DNA of 64,000 nt from Peptococcaceae bacterium 1109 (GCA_001028815.1 LDJB01000004.1:147123-211122), one strand, 5' to 3'; shown: positions 38,337-47,759, counted from the stretch's first letter. Notes: a model not told the origin generated them from the letters alone. Numbers and translations: made by a program.

Positions 38337-39498
38337 GCCGGAACTGCCTCGCCCCTCTGCACCTAATCTCCGCCCCATACTGGGAGGGATAGAGCGGGAA
38401 ACTCCCTGGGGAACATGTCATGTTGTGGAAAAGGCCTTCCCCTTAGATTACATCTGGGGAGGCCGGGAAATTCGTGAAACGCTCTCTATCCCGTCCACAA
38501 GGGGGCTTACCCATGTGGGCCTCGGAGATCTGCCCCCTTTGGATCTTTCCCGCACCCTCTTCCTGGATACGGAAACCACCGGCCTGGCCGGGGGCACCGG
38601 TACCTATGCTTTCCTGGTGGGCACAGGGCGGTTTGAAAGCCGAGGTTTTGTAGTAAAGCAGTTCTTGATGCGGGACTACAACGAAGAACTAGCTCTCCTC
38701 CACTGCCTCGATGGAGAGTTGAAGGAAACCGAGGCCATCGTGTCATTTAACGGGAAAACCTTTGACATTCCTCTCCTGAGGACACGCTTTGCCATGAGCC
38801 GCATGCCCTTTCACGGCGTGGACCAACACAGCCAGGTTGACCTGCTTCACCTAGCCCGGCGGCTTTGGCGAGAAAAACTGGAAAGCTGCAGCCTAATCAG
38901 TCTGGAAGCGAACATCCTCGGCTTAACTCGGGTACACGATATCCCCGGTGCAGAAATACCCCAGCGGTACTTTCAGTTCCTACAAACAGGGAATGGCCTG
39001 TTGCTGCAAGACATCTTGGAGCACAACGTGTATGATATCGTGTCCATGGCAGTCCTCTTGGGGGTGATTAATGCCCTGGGGATGAGTACCCCTGAGGAAT
39101 GTAGCTGCCCCTTTGAAGCGGAAGCCTTAGGCCTCATCTACGCGAATTCCGGAATGATGGAATCTGCCCTGCCCTTTCTAGATCGGGCTTGGTCTTTGGC
39201 GGAAGAAAAAGAACAGCAGATCCGCCTCTTGCGGACCGCTGCTCTACTCCATAAACGAGGAAAAAACTATGAAATCGCCGCCAAGCTTTGGCAAAGACTC
39301 CTGGCGATCGCTGAAGACGACCTGATGGCCTACGAGGAGCTGGCCAAACACTACGAGCACCGTCTCAAGGACTTCAGGGCAGCGGATCAGGTCACACGCC
39401 GAGCGTTGGCTGTTGCTCTGCGCAAGCGCTCGCCCAAAGTTCCTGAACTGGAACACCGCCTCCAGCGCATCACAAAGCGCAGAGGGAGCGCGAGTTAG
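38287..39498 (+). CDS. mrfB: RNase H-like (DnaQ-fold) exonuclease with C-terminal TPR-like region, YprB/MrfB-like
   Basis: LFLDTETTGL...VSFNGKTFDIPLL...HNVYDIVS exonuclease motifs. It overlaps the helicase gene by 50 nt, with GGAGGT upstream of ATG 38287. Confidence 0.75.
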   Translation: MDLKSRLRQVLPKERPRPELPRPSAPNLRPILGGIERETPWGTCHVVEKAFPLDYIWGGREIRETLSIPSTRGLTHVGLGDLPPLDLSRTLFLDTETTGLAGGTGTYAFLVGTGRFESRGFVVKQFLMRDYNEELALLHCLDGELKETEAIVSFNGKTFDIPLLRTRFAMSRMPFHGVDQHSQVDLLHLARRLWREKLESCSLISLEANILGLTRVHDIPGAEIPQRYFQFLQTGNGLLLQDILEHNVYDIVSMAVLLGVINALGMSTPEECSCPFEAEALGLIYANSGMMESALPFLDRAWSLAEEKEQQIRLLRTAALLHKRGKNYEIAAKLWQRLLAIAEDDLMAYEELAKHYEHRLKDFRAADQVTRRALAVALRKRSPKVPELEHRLQRITKRRGSAS

Positions 39499-39502
39499 GC
39501 CC

Positions 39503-40159
39503 CTACAGTTCCCGGCTCCGCTCCAAACTGATGGAGAGGGCCATGGACAAAAGGAACGCTCCCAAGCAGAGCACCACGGCCACCGCACTATAAGGAGCGC
39601 TGAACATGTCGCTCAAGACAGGTGCAGTGAGCCGGACATCGGTGGAACCAACGCTTCGCACGCTTCCCAGGCCGCCATAAAGGACGATCAAGAGGATGTA
39701 GTTGGCCCAGCGGGATTTCATGTACCCCAGCTTGAAATAGACGGGGAAAAACACTGCATAGTACAGGCTCAAGGTACAAAATGCCAGCCCTACAAGGGGC
39801 AACGTCCAGCCGTAATCCACCTCGAACAAGCCCACCGCCTGAAAGATGGTGGATGCGGTGATGCTAATGGCTAAGCTGGCCAAGGCAAACACTACCACGC
39901 CCAAGTAGCGCGCCACGACAAGGCTCGCTCGGGAGATGGGCAAACTCCGGTAACCCAGCTCTGCATTGTACTTGAAGTCATAGGCGTTGACGTAAACCAC
40001 GATGAAATAGCTAGCCATAATGATTGTTCCTACTGCAAAGGTTGGCGCCTTTGGCAAGACGATAGCCGATGTGATACTCAAAAGTGCCGGCAGGACAAGG
40101 GTCCGCTGGCGTTTTTGTACTAGTAGATCCCTACGGACTAGATGCATCAGTTTATACAT
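39503..40159 (-). CDS. ABC-2-type transporter permease (membrane subunit of the YtrA-type module)
   Basis: About 6 predicted TM segments. It follows the ATPase with an 8-nt overlap. ATG 40159 (SD GAGAGGTGAG) is preferred over 40168. Confidence 0.65.
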   Translation of the reverse strand: MYKLMHLVRRDLLVQKRQRTLVLPALLSITSAIVLPKAPTFAVGTIIMASYFIVVYVNAYDFKYNAELGYRSLPISRASLVVARYLGVVVFALASLAISITASTIFQAVGLFEVDYGWTLPLVGLAFCTLSLYYAVFFPVYFKLGYMKSRWANYILLIVLYGGLGSVRSVGSTDVRLTAPVLSDMFSAPYSAVAVVLCLGAFLLSMALSISLERSREL

Positions 40160-41021
40160 TCCGCTCACCTCTCACAGAATACACCATGATATCATCAAGG
40201 CTTGCTCTCTCTAGAGTCACCCTCTCCCCGAACCGCCGGGCCAAGGTTTCTCCCTCAGTAGTGAGGGCAGAAAAACTAGCCTGCCCCTTCCTCACCCCAA
40301 GGAGCCGCCCTTTTGCCTCAGGATGGCTCAGGATATCTAAGCCGCCCTTCACCAGGGCATAGCGATCCAGAAGCTCATCTTTCGGCAGGGAGAACACAAC
40401 CTGACCCTGGTTGAGGAAGGTGATATGGTCCGCGATTTTCTCCAAATCTGTGGTGATGTGAGTGGAGAACAACACGGACTTACCCTCATCGGCGATCACA
40501 TCGTAGAGAATGTCCAAGAGTTCGCTGCTGAACACCGGGTCTAGCCCGGAAGTGGGCTCATCCATGATGATCAGCTCTGCATTGTGGGATAGGGCAACAG
40601 CCAGCTGAAACTTGGTCTTCGTGCCCCGAGAGAGGTTATCGATTTGCTGATTCGGGTTCAGGTCAAACTCCCGGAGATAGCGCTGAAAGAGATTCTCGTC
40701 CCAATGGCTGTAAAAGGGGGCAATTAAGGACTTCATCTCGTTGACGGTCAGAATCCCATAATAGGGAATAGTATCGTAGACAAACCCAATCCGCTCTTTG
40801 ATCTCCAGTTCATGCTTGATGTTATCCATGCCGAATAGCTCGATCGTTCCCCCGTCCCGGCGGATCAGGTTCATGATCAGCTTGATGGTTGTGCTTTTCC
40901 CAGCACCGTTCGGGCCGATGAGTCCCATCACAAATCCCCGTTCTAGCTTGAACGAGACATCTTTCAGAGTAAAGTCAGGATAGTGTTTGGTTACACCTTC
41001 AAGGCGCAGGACTGTTTCCAT
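40152..41021 (-). CDS. ABC transporter ATP-binding protein
   Basis: Walker A GPNGAGKST, signature LSRGTKTKF (degenerate) and Walker B IMDEPTSGLD. ATG 41021 (GAGGGAGGAG upstream) is preferred over the track start 41096. Confidence 0.9.
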   Translation of the reverse strand: METVLRLEGVTKHYPDFTLKDVSFKLERGFVMGLIGPNGAGKSTTIKLIMNLIRRDGGTIELFGMDNIKHELEIKERIGFVYDTIPYYGILTVNEMKSLIAPFYSHWDENLFQRYLREFDLNPNQQIDNLSRGTKTKFQLAVALSHNAELIIMDEPTSGLDPVFSSELLDILYDVIADEGKSVLFSTHITTDLEKIADHITFLNQGQVVFSLPKDELLDRYALVKGGLDILSHPEAKGRLLGVRKGQASFSALTTEGETLARRFGERVTLERASLDDIMVYSVRGERNV

Positions 41022-41022
41022 A

Positions 41023-41400
41023 TCATTCTCCTCCCTCATACAACAGCCGCATAATCTCCACGATTTCATCGAATGACAAGCCCATCTGCTTTGCATCGCC
41101 CATGGCTTCCCCGAGTTTCTCTTCCAACAGGTGCATGCGCTTTTCCCGGATCAGCTCCGTATTGTGCCCTGCCACAAAGGAACCCTTCCCTGGTACAGAA
41201 GCGATAAACCCCTCTTTTTCCAGCTCTTCATAGGCCCGGCTTGTGGTAATGACGCTTACTTCCAACTCCTTTGCCAAGCCCCTGATGGAAGGAAGGGCAT
41301 CTCCCTCCGAAAGCTCCCCACTGAGCACCGCATCTCGGATTTGATCGGCAATCTGCTTGTAGATGGGATCCCTAGATAGGCTAGAAATGACTATCCGCAT
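41023..41400 (-). CDS. GntR-family transcriptional regulator, YtrA subfamily
   Basis: 125 aa. IYKQIADQIRDAVLSGELSEGDALPSIRGLAKELEVSVITTSRAYEELEKEGFI plus a short C-terminal helix pair. Confidence 0.85.
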   Translation of the reverse strand: MRIVISSLSRDPIYKQIADQIRDAVLSGELSEGDALPSIRGLAKELEVSVITTSRAYEELEKEGFIASVPGKGSFVAGHNTELIREKRMHLLEEKLGEAMGDAKQMGLSFDEIVEIMRLLYEGGE

Positions 41401-41421
41401 GGTTCCCCCCAGAGTTAATCA

Positions 41422-41468
41422 CTGTACACAGCGTACATACTGTACATACTGTACATACTGTATATATC
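41422..41468. repeat. 9-bp tandem array (GTACATACT x3 plus degenerate flanking units) creating phased TGTACA palindromes; candidate YtrA-type operator array
   Basis: cTGTACAca-gc-GTACATACT-GTACATACT-GTACATACT-GTATATATC. It sits between the -10 and the start codon of the regulator gene. Confidence 0.55.
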
Positions 41469-41469
41469 A

Positions 41470-41498
41470 AATATATACGGTTCTGGAATAGCTGTCAA
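41470..41498 (-). promoter_or_regulatory. Sigma-A-type promoter of the ytrA-like operon
   Basis: The minus strand reads TTGACA (41498-41493), 17 nt, then TATATT (41475-41470). Confidence 0.5.
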
Positions 41499-41508
41499 TA
41501 GGATGATC

Positions 41509-41533
41509 AAAAAAAGCCGGCCAGCCGGCCGGC
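41509..41533 (-). terminator. Rho-independent terminator of the DUF3298 lipoprotein gene
   Basis: The minus strand reads GCCGGCCGGCTGGCCGGC followed by TTTTTTT. Confidence 0.75.
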
Positions 41534-41535
41534 AG

Positions 41536-42243
41536 CTATCTCACAGGTAGGGCAAACTCCTGAATGCCCGAAGAATAAGGTGCGATCTCGTATAAACCAA
41601 AGAATACGACTATTTCCCCTTCCCTTAAGTAAAAGGTCTGCGACTCACTGAACATGGACGAATCAAAGCCCTCAAGGAAGAAGATTTCAGGCTCTGCCTT
41701 GATGCGGGCCTCAACTACTTCTGCCATGGCACTTCGGGACCCCTTGTCGGGGAATAAGTCCGCAAAAGTGAGGTGCCTCCCTGTGGTGAGGTCAAGGTTG
41801 AGGGGCTCCCAATGAGTCATGCCGTGGGCTCCCCCGGTATAAGCATAGATGCTTACGACCAGGCTGAGCAATCCGCCTTTGTTGTACTGCGTTTCGTAGT
41901 CCACCCACAGGGTAAAGGGGAGGTAGTTGGGGAATGAACCTGCCTCTACTTCTTCCAGGAAGATTTCCGCGGCGGAAGCGATCTCATCCACCCACGCCTG
42001 CACGCCGCTGGCAAGGGCCTCATTGAGTTTTGCCTGTACTTCGCTGTCCGTCATGCCCCAGATCTGCGGTACCCTAACGTTCATGGTGACCAGACTGTCG
42101 TGCCTTTCATAGTGATGCTCAAGGACTAGTGTGTTGTTAGGCAGGCCGTGGCTGATCCGCTCCCAATAAGGATTTACTCCACTTGCTCCAGCAACCCCGC
42201 AACCAAGCAATACCAAAGAAAGAAACAGTGCTATCCCGCGCAT
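41536..42243 (-). CDS. DUF4163/DUF3298-domain lipoprotein (RsiV/PdaC C-terminal-like)
   Basis: Lipobox LVLLGC after MRGIALFLS. YAYTGGAHGMTHWEPLNLDLTTGRHLTFADLF and the FFGLYEIAPYSSGIQEFALP tail are typical of DUF3298. ATG 42243 is preferred over 42267. Confidence 0.75.
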   Translation of the reverse strand: MRGIALFLSLVLLGCGVAGASGVNPYWERISHGLPNNTLVLEHHYERHDSLVTMNVRVPQIWGMTDSEVQAKLNEALASGVQAWVDEIASAAEIFLEEVEAGSFPNYLPFTLWVDYETQYNKGGLLSLVVSIYAYTGGAHGMTHWEPLNLDLTTGRHLTFADLFPDKGSRSAMAEVVEARIKAEPEIFFLEGFDSSMFSESQTFYLREGEIVVFFGLYEIAPYSSGIQEFALPVR

Positions 42244-42307
42244 CCTGTCTAGTTCTCCCTTCTCCATAAGGTGGCTGGCGCATCCCCCTTAGGGATGCGC
42301 CTAGCAC

Positions 42308-42754
42308 TTAGCGAATCCATTCGTCCTTCACATCTCCCGTAATGCGGTCGACATAGACGGCACGATCAGTGTGCAGATAAATGAGGCGCACATCTCGGGG
42401 ATGCTGCCAAGGACACAGTTCTTCAGCAATAGCATAGAGCTGGGAACCTGGCTCGGCAACCTGCGCCTTGCCAAACAGCTGAACGCCTTGAACTTGGTGA
42501 AAATCATCTTGAAAGGGCGTGGCCACCAGCAGGCATGCCTGAGGATTCTTGGCCAGGTTTGTGAACTTGGTGCCGCCTTTAGAGTGGATGTAAACATTGA
42601 GGTCATTATCCATGAAACAGCGCACAGGGCTAACCCGGACCCCATCGGGGCCTACCGTGCCTAAATAACCTGTATCCCTTCCCTGGGCAAAGGTGAGAAT
42701 CGCCTCTTTGAGCTGGGTTTGAGTCAGAGGTTTTCCTAGAACAGTTGTGGACAT
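42308..42754 (-). CDS. Pyridoxamine 5'-phosphate oxidase-family (FMN-binding split-barrel) protein
   Basis: GYLGTVGPDGVRVSPVRCF...VYIHSKGGTKFTNLAKNPQACLLV. ATG 42754 with AGGAGG upstream. Confidence 0.7.
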   Translation of the reverse strand: MSTTVLGKPLTQTQLKEAILTFAQGRDTGYLGTVGPDGVRVSPVRCFMDNDLNVYIHSKGGTKFTNLAKNPQACLLVATPFQDDFHQVQGVQLFGKAQVAEPGSQLYAIAEELCPWQHPRDVRLIYLHTDRAVYVDRITGDVKDEWIR

Positions 42755-42891
42755 CGCTGGCCTCCTTCTGAGTTTCTCTGGTACTATGGTCCCCAAACGG
42801 GCACAATCCATGCCGTGTGGGCAAAGGAGAGCCTAGGCTGGCGTCGAATATACTATTCTTTGGGACGAAGACTACAAAGGAGCGATACTCA

Positions 42892-43182
42892 TTGATTCTC
42901 ATCTTTGCCGCACTAATCCTCGGCTTAGTCGTGGGACGTTACCTTCCTCTGCCACCGCGCACCAGTGCCTTGGCGGGCCAGATAAGCACAGGAGCCCTGC
43001 TCCTGCTGCTCCTTACCATGGGAATCCGAATTGGGGCAGACCCAAGTACTATGGCCAACATCCCCCGCCTGGGTTCCAGGGCCATGCTGTTTGCGATGGG
43101 GGCGGTAGCGGGCAGCATTTTTGCTGTCAAGGGCGGTACCGACCTGTATAAGAGAACTCGCCGGCAAGGAGGGAGATCATGA
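42892..43182 (+). CDS. LysO-family (DUF340) membrane protein, small subunit
   Basis: TTG 42892 with AAGGAG upstream. It has three TM segments and pairs with the downstream DUF340 gene through a 4-nt overlap. Confidence 0.6.
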   Translation: MILIFAALILGLVVGRYLPLPPRTSALAGQISTGALLLLLLTMGIRIGADPSTMANIPRLGSRAMLFAMGAVAGSIFAVKGGTDLYKRTRRQGGRS

Positions 43183-43787
43183 CTGTATCGATTCTTGGAG
43201 CAGTTTTAGCGGGACTAATTTGCGGACGGTTTTTCATCAGCGCTGAACTCCTCCCCTTCCTAGAGAACAGCGCAGAATGGCTCTTGGCGGCTATGCTGTT
43301 TGTGGTTGGAATAGATCTAGGTAAGAACAAAGACCTGGTAAGGCAGATCAAGGCGTTGCCTAAGGCGGCCCTCGCTGTCCCCTTCCTAATCGCCTTCGGT
43401 TCTATAGGAGGTGCCTTGCTCGTCAACATCCTGCTCGGACTCAGGCCTTTAGAAGCTGCAGCTGTGGCCAGCGGATTTGGCTGGTATTCCCTCTCTGGGG
43501 TGTTGATAGCAGAAAACTACGATGTGGGCCTGGGGGCTCTAGCCTTTCTTACTAACGTCTTTCGAGAAATCATTGCCATACTCATTACTCCCCATGTCGC
43601 AGGCCGGCTGGGGCACCTACCCGCTGTTGCTCCAGGTGGCGCCACAACCATGGATGTCACCTTGCCCACGATCAGCAAGCATACAAGCCCGCAGGTGACG
43701 TTAGTAGCCTTTTACTCAGGGGTAACCCTCACTCTGCTTGTCCCAGTGATCATCCCGTTGATTCTCTACTGGGCCGCTTCGGTGTAA
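43179..43787 (+). CDS. Lysine exporter LysO-family (DUF340) membrane protein
   Basis: ASGFGWYSLSGVLIAENYDVGLGALAFLTNVFREIIAILITP block. Confidence 0.75.
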   Translation: MTVSILGAVLAGLICGRFFISAELLPFLENSAEWLLAAMLFVVGIDLGKNKDLVRQIKALPKAALAVPFLIAFGSIGGALLVNILLGLRPLEAAAVASGFGWYSLSGVLIAENYDVGLGALAFLTNVFREIIAILITPHVAGRLGHLPAVAPGGATTMDVTLPTISKHTSPQVTLVAFYSGVTLTLLVPVIIPLILYWAASV

Positions 43788-44572
43788 CCCTCAACAAGCT
43801 CTACGATTTCAACTAAGTCGCTGATTTCCGCAGTGACAAAATGGGGCAGGCAGTCCTCAGCTGTGAGCTCTGGGTACCCCGATACCATGAGGTCCTTTGC
43901 CAAGGCTCTCTCAATGATGCTGAGGAGTTCTGGATGCCTAGTGCGTTCCTGTAAGGGCAGCTCCGCGATTTCTCGGGGGAGATCGTGGTACACCCAGACA
44001 GACCACGCCCCGCTTTTATTCGCACCCCACAGATCGTGAGCCACCGTATCACCTACATGAAGGTGGGGCAACCCGAAATCACGGCGCACAGCCGCGAAGA
44101 ACTCCGCATCAGGCTTGGCAAAACCTGCTATCTCTGGAGTATAGACCCCCGCCAGGTACTGCATGAGGCCCAGTGCTTCGAGGACCGGTACCTGGTACTT
44201 CGCAAAACCGTTGGTCAGGGCAACCAAGGCGTGCCCCGCCTCCTTCAGCTGAGCCAGGGTTTCGTGGACTCCTGGATAGCTATGAATGTGCTCGGGCGTG
44301 CAGTTCTCCCTCACCAACTCTGCAACATCAATGTTGCCCTGAAAACTCAGGCGACGGCCAACCGCGGCCACAATGCCGTCCCAATCATAGGCGGCCACAT
44401 AGTCTTTCCCCGCGGCTCTCGCCTTCACTTCCTCCCGGATCAGTGCCATTACTTCCCCATGGGAAAGCCCTTCCTTTTCCCCAAGCAGTTTGGTTATAGC
44501 TGGAAAGACCGCTGTGGAGAAGGGATTCTTCATTAACACACCATCGAGATCAAGAGTTATCAGCATAGCCAA
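43766..44572 (-). CDS. HAD-superfamily hydrolase (subfamily IA-like)
   Basis: LDLDGVL nucleophile motif, ALTNG and VGDTVAHDLWGA motif IV. Confidence 0.75.
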   Translation of the reverse strand: MAMLITLDLDGVLMKNPFSTAVFPAITKLLGEKEGLSHGEVMALIREEVKARAAGKDYVAAYDWDGIVAAVGRRLSFQGNIDVAELVRENCTPEHIHSYPGVHETLAQLKEAGHALVALTNGFAKYQVPVLEALGLMQYLAGVYTPEIAGFAKPDAEFFAAVRRDFGLPHLHVGDTVAHDLWGANKSGAWSVWVYHDLPREIAELPLQERTRHPELLSIIERALAKDLMVSGYPELTAEDCLPHFVTAEISDLVEIVELVEGYTEAAQ

Positions 44573-44577
44573 CCTTT

Positions 44578-45414
44578 CTAACCCTTCAGCGCTCCCACAG
44601 TAATACCCTTAAGGAAATACCGCTGGAACATGAAGAAGATAACTATCATAGGAACTGCCGCGTAAGTGGCGCCTGCCATGAGAAGGCCGTACTGCATAGG
44701 CAGTTCCTCCTGCAGCAGCGCCAAGCCCACTGGCAAAGTGCGCATATTAGCTGAGTTTGTAATGATCAGCGGCCACAAGAACTCATTCCACTGTCCCATG
44801 AAGGTGAAGATGCCCAGGACGGCCAATCCAGGCTTGGCCAAGGGCAGGATGATGCGTCCAAAGGTCTGCACTTCACCACAGCCGTCAATGATTGCCGCTT
44901 CGATAAGCTCCGTGGGCAATGTAGAGATGAACTGCTTCATCAAGAACACACCGAAGGGGCCGGCAATCGCGGGCAGGATCAAACCTGGGTAAGTGTCTTG
45001 GAGGCCAAAGGAGTTCATCACCATAAACAGCGGTACCAGTGTCACCTGGCCCGGAACCATCATAGAGGCGATGTAAAGATAGAACAGGAAGTTGCTGCCG
45101 GGAAAGCGTTTCTTCGCGAAGGCATAGCCAGCCATCGCGGAAGTCATGATCTGGATGCCTGTAACCAGCAGCGCCACAAACAGGCTGTTAGTTGTCCAGC
45201 GCAATACACCCGGGCGTGCCAAGAACCGTTCGAAGTTGATCCACGTAGGCTTCGAGGGAAACCACTCCGGTGGGAAGGTCACGGTCAGGGTAGGCTGCTG
45301 CACCGCCGTCACGAGCATCCAGTACAAAGGAATGATCGCCGCGGATGCCGCCACCAGCAAGAATACAAGGGATACGTAGTGCTTTGGCCGAGTGCGTTTG
45401 TCATCTAGTAGCAT
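44578..45414 (-). CDS. Carbohydrate ABC transporter permease (MalG/UgpE type)
   Basis: Six TM segments and an EAA-loop region IEAAIIDGCGEVQTFGRIILPLAKPGL. Confidence 0.9.
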   Translation of the reverse strand: MLLDDKRTRPKHYVSLVFLLVAASAAIIPLYWMLVTAVQQPTLTVTFPPEWFPSKPTWINFERFLARPGVLRWTTNSLFVALLVTGIQIMTSAMAGYAFAKKRFPGSNFLFYLYIASMMVPGQVTLVPLFMVMNSFGLQDTYPGLILPAIAGPFGVFLMKQFISTLPTELIEAAIIDGCGEVQTFGRIILPLAKPGLAVLGIFTFMGQWNEFLWPLIITNSANMRTLPVGLALLQEELPMQYGLLMAGATYAAVPMIVIFFMFQRYFLKGITVGALKG

Positions 45415-45428
45415 CGCTAACCCCCCTC

Positions 45429-46319
45429 CTAGTATTCAACTTCCTGACCCAGCCACCGGAACTGCACTAAGGCTAAGACGGCTGTAAGTGCAAACAGCAC
45501 CATGGCCATGGCAGAGGCAGGCCCAAACTGGAACTGCTTGAAGGCCGTGTCGTAAATCATGTAGACAATGGTGGTGGTAGAAAACTGGGGGCCGCCTTGG
45601 GTCATGAGATACACGTTTGTGAACACCTGAAACGAGTTGATGGTGCCAGTTACCACCAGATAGAGCAGTGTAGGGCGCAAAAGCGGCAGAGTTACCCTAA
45701 AGAATACCTGCGCTGGCCGGGCACCATCCAGCTCAGCCGCCTCGTAAAGGTATGTGGGAATACCATTCATCGCTGCAGACAAGAGAACAATAGACGAGCC
45801 GCCGCCCATCACCACCTGCATGAAGATGAGCGCGGGCATGGCAGTACGAGTGTTGCCCAGCCACGCCACTTGCTCAATCCCCAAGAACCGGATAAGGTAG
45901 TTCAAGAGCCCGAAGGGTGGATTATAAATCCAAAGCCAGATCATGGAAATAATAACGGCCGATGTGACATGGGGCAAGTAAAAAGCGGCCTTAAAAAATG
46001 TCTGGATGGAGTTCCGAAAGGGGAAAATTAGAGCCGCGATGAGCAAAGCCTTCCCAAGCCACAGAGGTACGACCCCAAAGGTGTAGTAAGCTGTGTTCAC
46101 AACTGCCTTCCAAAAAATGCGGTCATTGAACACTTGTGCGTAGTTGCGCAGGCCCACAAACTCTGTACCCCACCACTGGTAGTCCAGGAGGGACAAGACC
46201 ATAGACCATACTACAGGGACCAGAAAAAAGATGGTAAAGATGGCGAAGTTGGGTAAGATGAAGAAATACCCCCACCGCCCCTTGTACAAGCGCTTGCCCA
46301 GTTCGCGCAGTGCAGTCAA
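45429..46319 (-). CDS. Carbohydrate ABC transporter permease (MalF/UgpA type)
   Basis: EAA loop YEAAELDGARPAQVFFRVTLPLLRP. Confidence 0.9.
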   Translation of the reverse strand: MTALRELGKRLYKGRWGYFFILPNFAIFTIFFLVPVVWSMVLSLLDYQWWGTEFVGLRNYAQVFNDRIFWKAVVNTAYYTFGVVPLWLGKALLIAALIFPFRNSIQTFFKAAFYLPHVTSAVIISMIWLWIYNPPFGLLNYLIRFLGIEQVAWLGNTRTAMPALIFMQVVMGGGSSIVLLSAAMNGIPTYLYEAAELDGARPAQVFFRVTLPLLRPTLLYLVVTGTINSFQVFTNVYLMTQGGPQFSTTTIVYMIYDTAFKQFQFGPASAMAMVLFALTAVLALVQFRWLGQEVEY

Positions 46320-46343
46320 AGGGCACCGCTCCTTTCTAATTCA

Positions 46344-46373
46344 GATGGGAAGGTTCCGCAGAACCCTCCCATC
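46344..46373 (-). other. Intercistronic hairpin after the binding-protein gene
   Basis: GATGGGAaGGTTC-cgca-GAACCcTCCCATC between the SBP stop and the first permease start. Confidence 0.45.
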
Positions 46374-46387
46374 AATACACCCGCATC

Positions 46388-47740
46388 TTACTTGCCAAAC
46401 AGAATCCGGTTCGCTTCTTTAGCGAAGTCATCGAGGGCCTGCTGAGGTGTCTTTGTCCTAGCAAAGGCTGCCTCAAATGCTGCCTGCAGGTGAGCGTTTA
46501 CCGGTGAAAAGTCGATCTCTTCGCTGCCAAAGAACGGTACACCGTGGTCGATCGCGGCAGTGTAAACTGATACCTCATCCGCAAATGGGCTGTCTTCGTA
46601 GAGGACCGCATTCACTGACTTCCGGGCCGTTACATACAAGAGTGTCTTCAGAGATGCTGTGTTCTCAAAGTTCGTGATGAACTTGGCAAACTCCATGACC
46701 TTATCCCGCTTCACAGGGTCGCTTTGCCGGAAGACGATAAAGCCGCCGCTGGTGTGGTGGGCAACTGGGCCATATTCCGGGAAGTGAGGGAACGGTGCGA
46801 TGTGGACATCAAAGGCTTTTTCGAGCTGGCCTTCACGAACATAGCGGTCGATACGTCCGATTTCATAAGGCCCGCCGTAACCGATTGCTGTCCGGCCCTG
46901 GTGGAAGAGGCCGATTACATCGTAAATCCCCATGCCCTCAGCACCTTTAGGGGCAATCTGGTACTCGTAAATGGCATCTACCATGAACTGCAAGCCGGCA
47001 ACGCCCTCGGGGCTGTTGATGATAACTTCAGTCTCATCTTCGTTGAACATCCGCGCTCCGAAAACATGGAGCCAGGCGGTGCAGTTCAACAGATCGCTGG
47101 CGGCAAAGGAGAGCGCGTAGTAATCGTTGATTCCATCGCCATCCTCGTCATAGGAGAGCTGCTTGGCGGCCTCGAGGAACTCATCAAAGGTCCACGCACG
47201 GGTGGGGAGTTCTGGCAGTTTGACTCCCCGAGCCTCGAAGATAGCTGGGTTGATGAGCATGGCACATCCCATGCCGTTGCTGGAGTTGTTCCACGGGAAG
47301 ATGTAATGCTTGCCGTTTACCTGGCCCTTGGCCAGCGCGTAATCGTACCAGTCTTCCCAATCCTCTGGATCGATGTAATCATCGATGGGCTCTAAGAGTC
47401 CCCGTTCTGCCCATTCTCTGCGGTATACGAGGTCTTTCATGAGATCAGGTGGCCTACGGGCCAAAATCGCAGCGGAGATCTTCTCGCTGTAGCCCGCGTT
47501 GGTCACAACTTCGTAGACTACTTCCACATCCGGGTTGAGACGCATAAACTCCTGGCTGACCCATTCTGGCCAGTCTTCCGCGGTGGGTGCCTGACTGCTG
47601 TCCATCCCCGGCGGTGCAATCCGCCAAGGGTTGATCCACCACGTGATGGTGATCTTCTCTGCTGCTGCCATGCCTGCAAACCCAAGCATCATGGCTAGTA
47701 CGGCCAGCAGAGCTACCCCGTGCCTAAACTTACCTTTCAT
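46388..47740 (-). CDS. Carbohydrate ABC transporter substrate-binding protein (family 1)
   Basis: ATG 47740 with AGGAGG upstream. The signal peptide MKGKFRHGVALLAVLAMMLGFAGMAAA-EK has no lipobox Cys. Family 1 SBP length and composition. Confidence 0.85.
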   Translation of the reverse strand: MKGKFRHGVALLAVLAMMLGFAGMAAAEKITITWWINPWRIAPPGMDSSQAPTAEDWPEWVSQEFMRLNPDVEVVYEVVTNAGYSEKISAAILARRPPDLMKDLVYRREWAERGLLEPIDDYIDPEDWEDWYDYALAKGQVNGKHYIFPWNNSSNGMGCAMLINPAIFEARGVKLPELPTRAWTFDEFLEAAKQLSYDEDGDGINDYYALSFAASDLLNCTAWLHVFGARMFNEDETEVIINSPEGVAGLQFMVDAIYEYQIAPKGAEGMGIYDVIGLFHQGRTAIGYGGPYEIGRIDRYVREGQLEKAFDVHIAPFPHFPEYGPVAHHTSGGFIVFRQSDPVKRDKVMEFAKFITNFENTASLKTLLYVTARKSVNAVLYEDSPFADEVSVYTAAIDHGVPFFGSEEIDFSPVNAHLQAAFEAAFARTKTPQQALDDFAKEANRILFGK

Positions 47741-47759
47741 GCAAAAACCTCCTTCAGCT

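Noticed and set aside
41422-41468. Possible mini-CRISPR or microsatellite (9-bp repeats).
   Set aside because: The units are contiguous with no spacers and span only about 47 bp. They sit exactly between a promoter and the start codon of a regulator gene, so an operator array is the better explanation.
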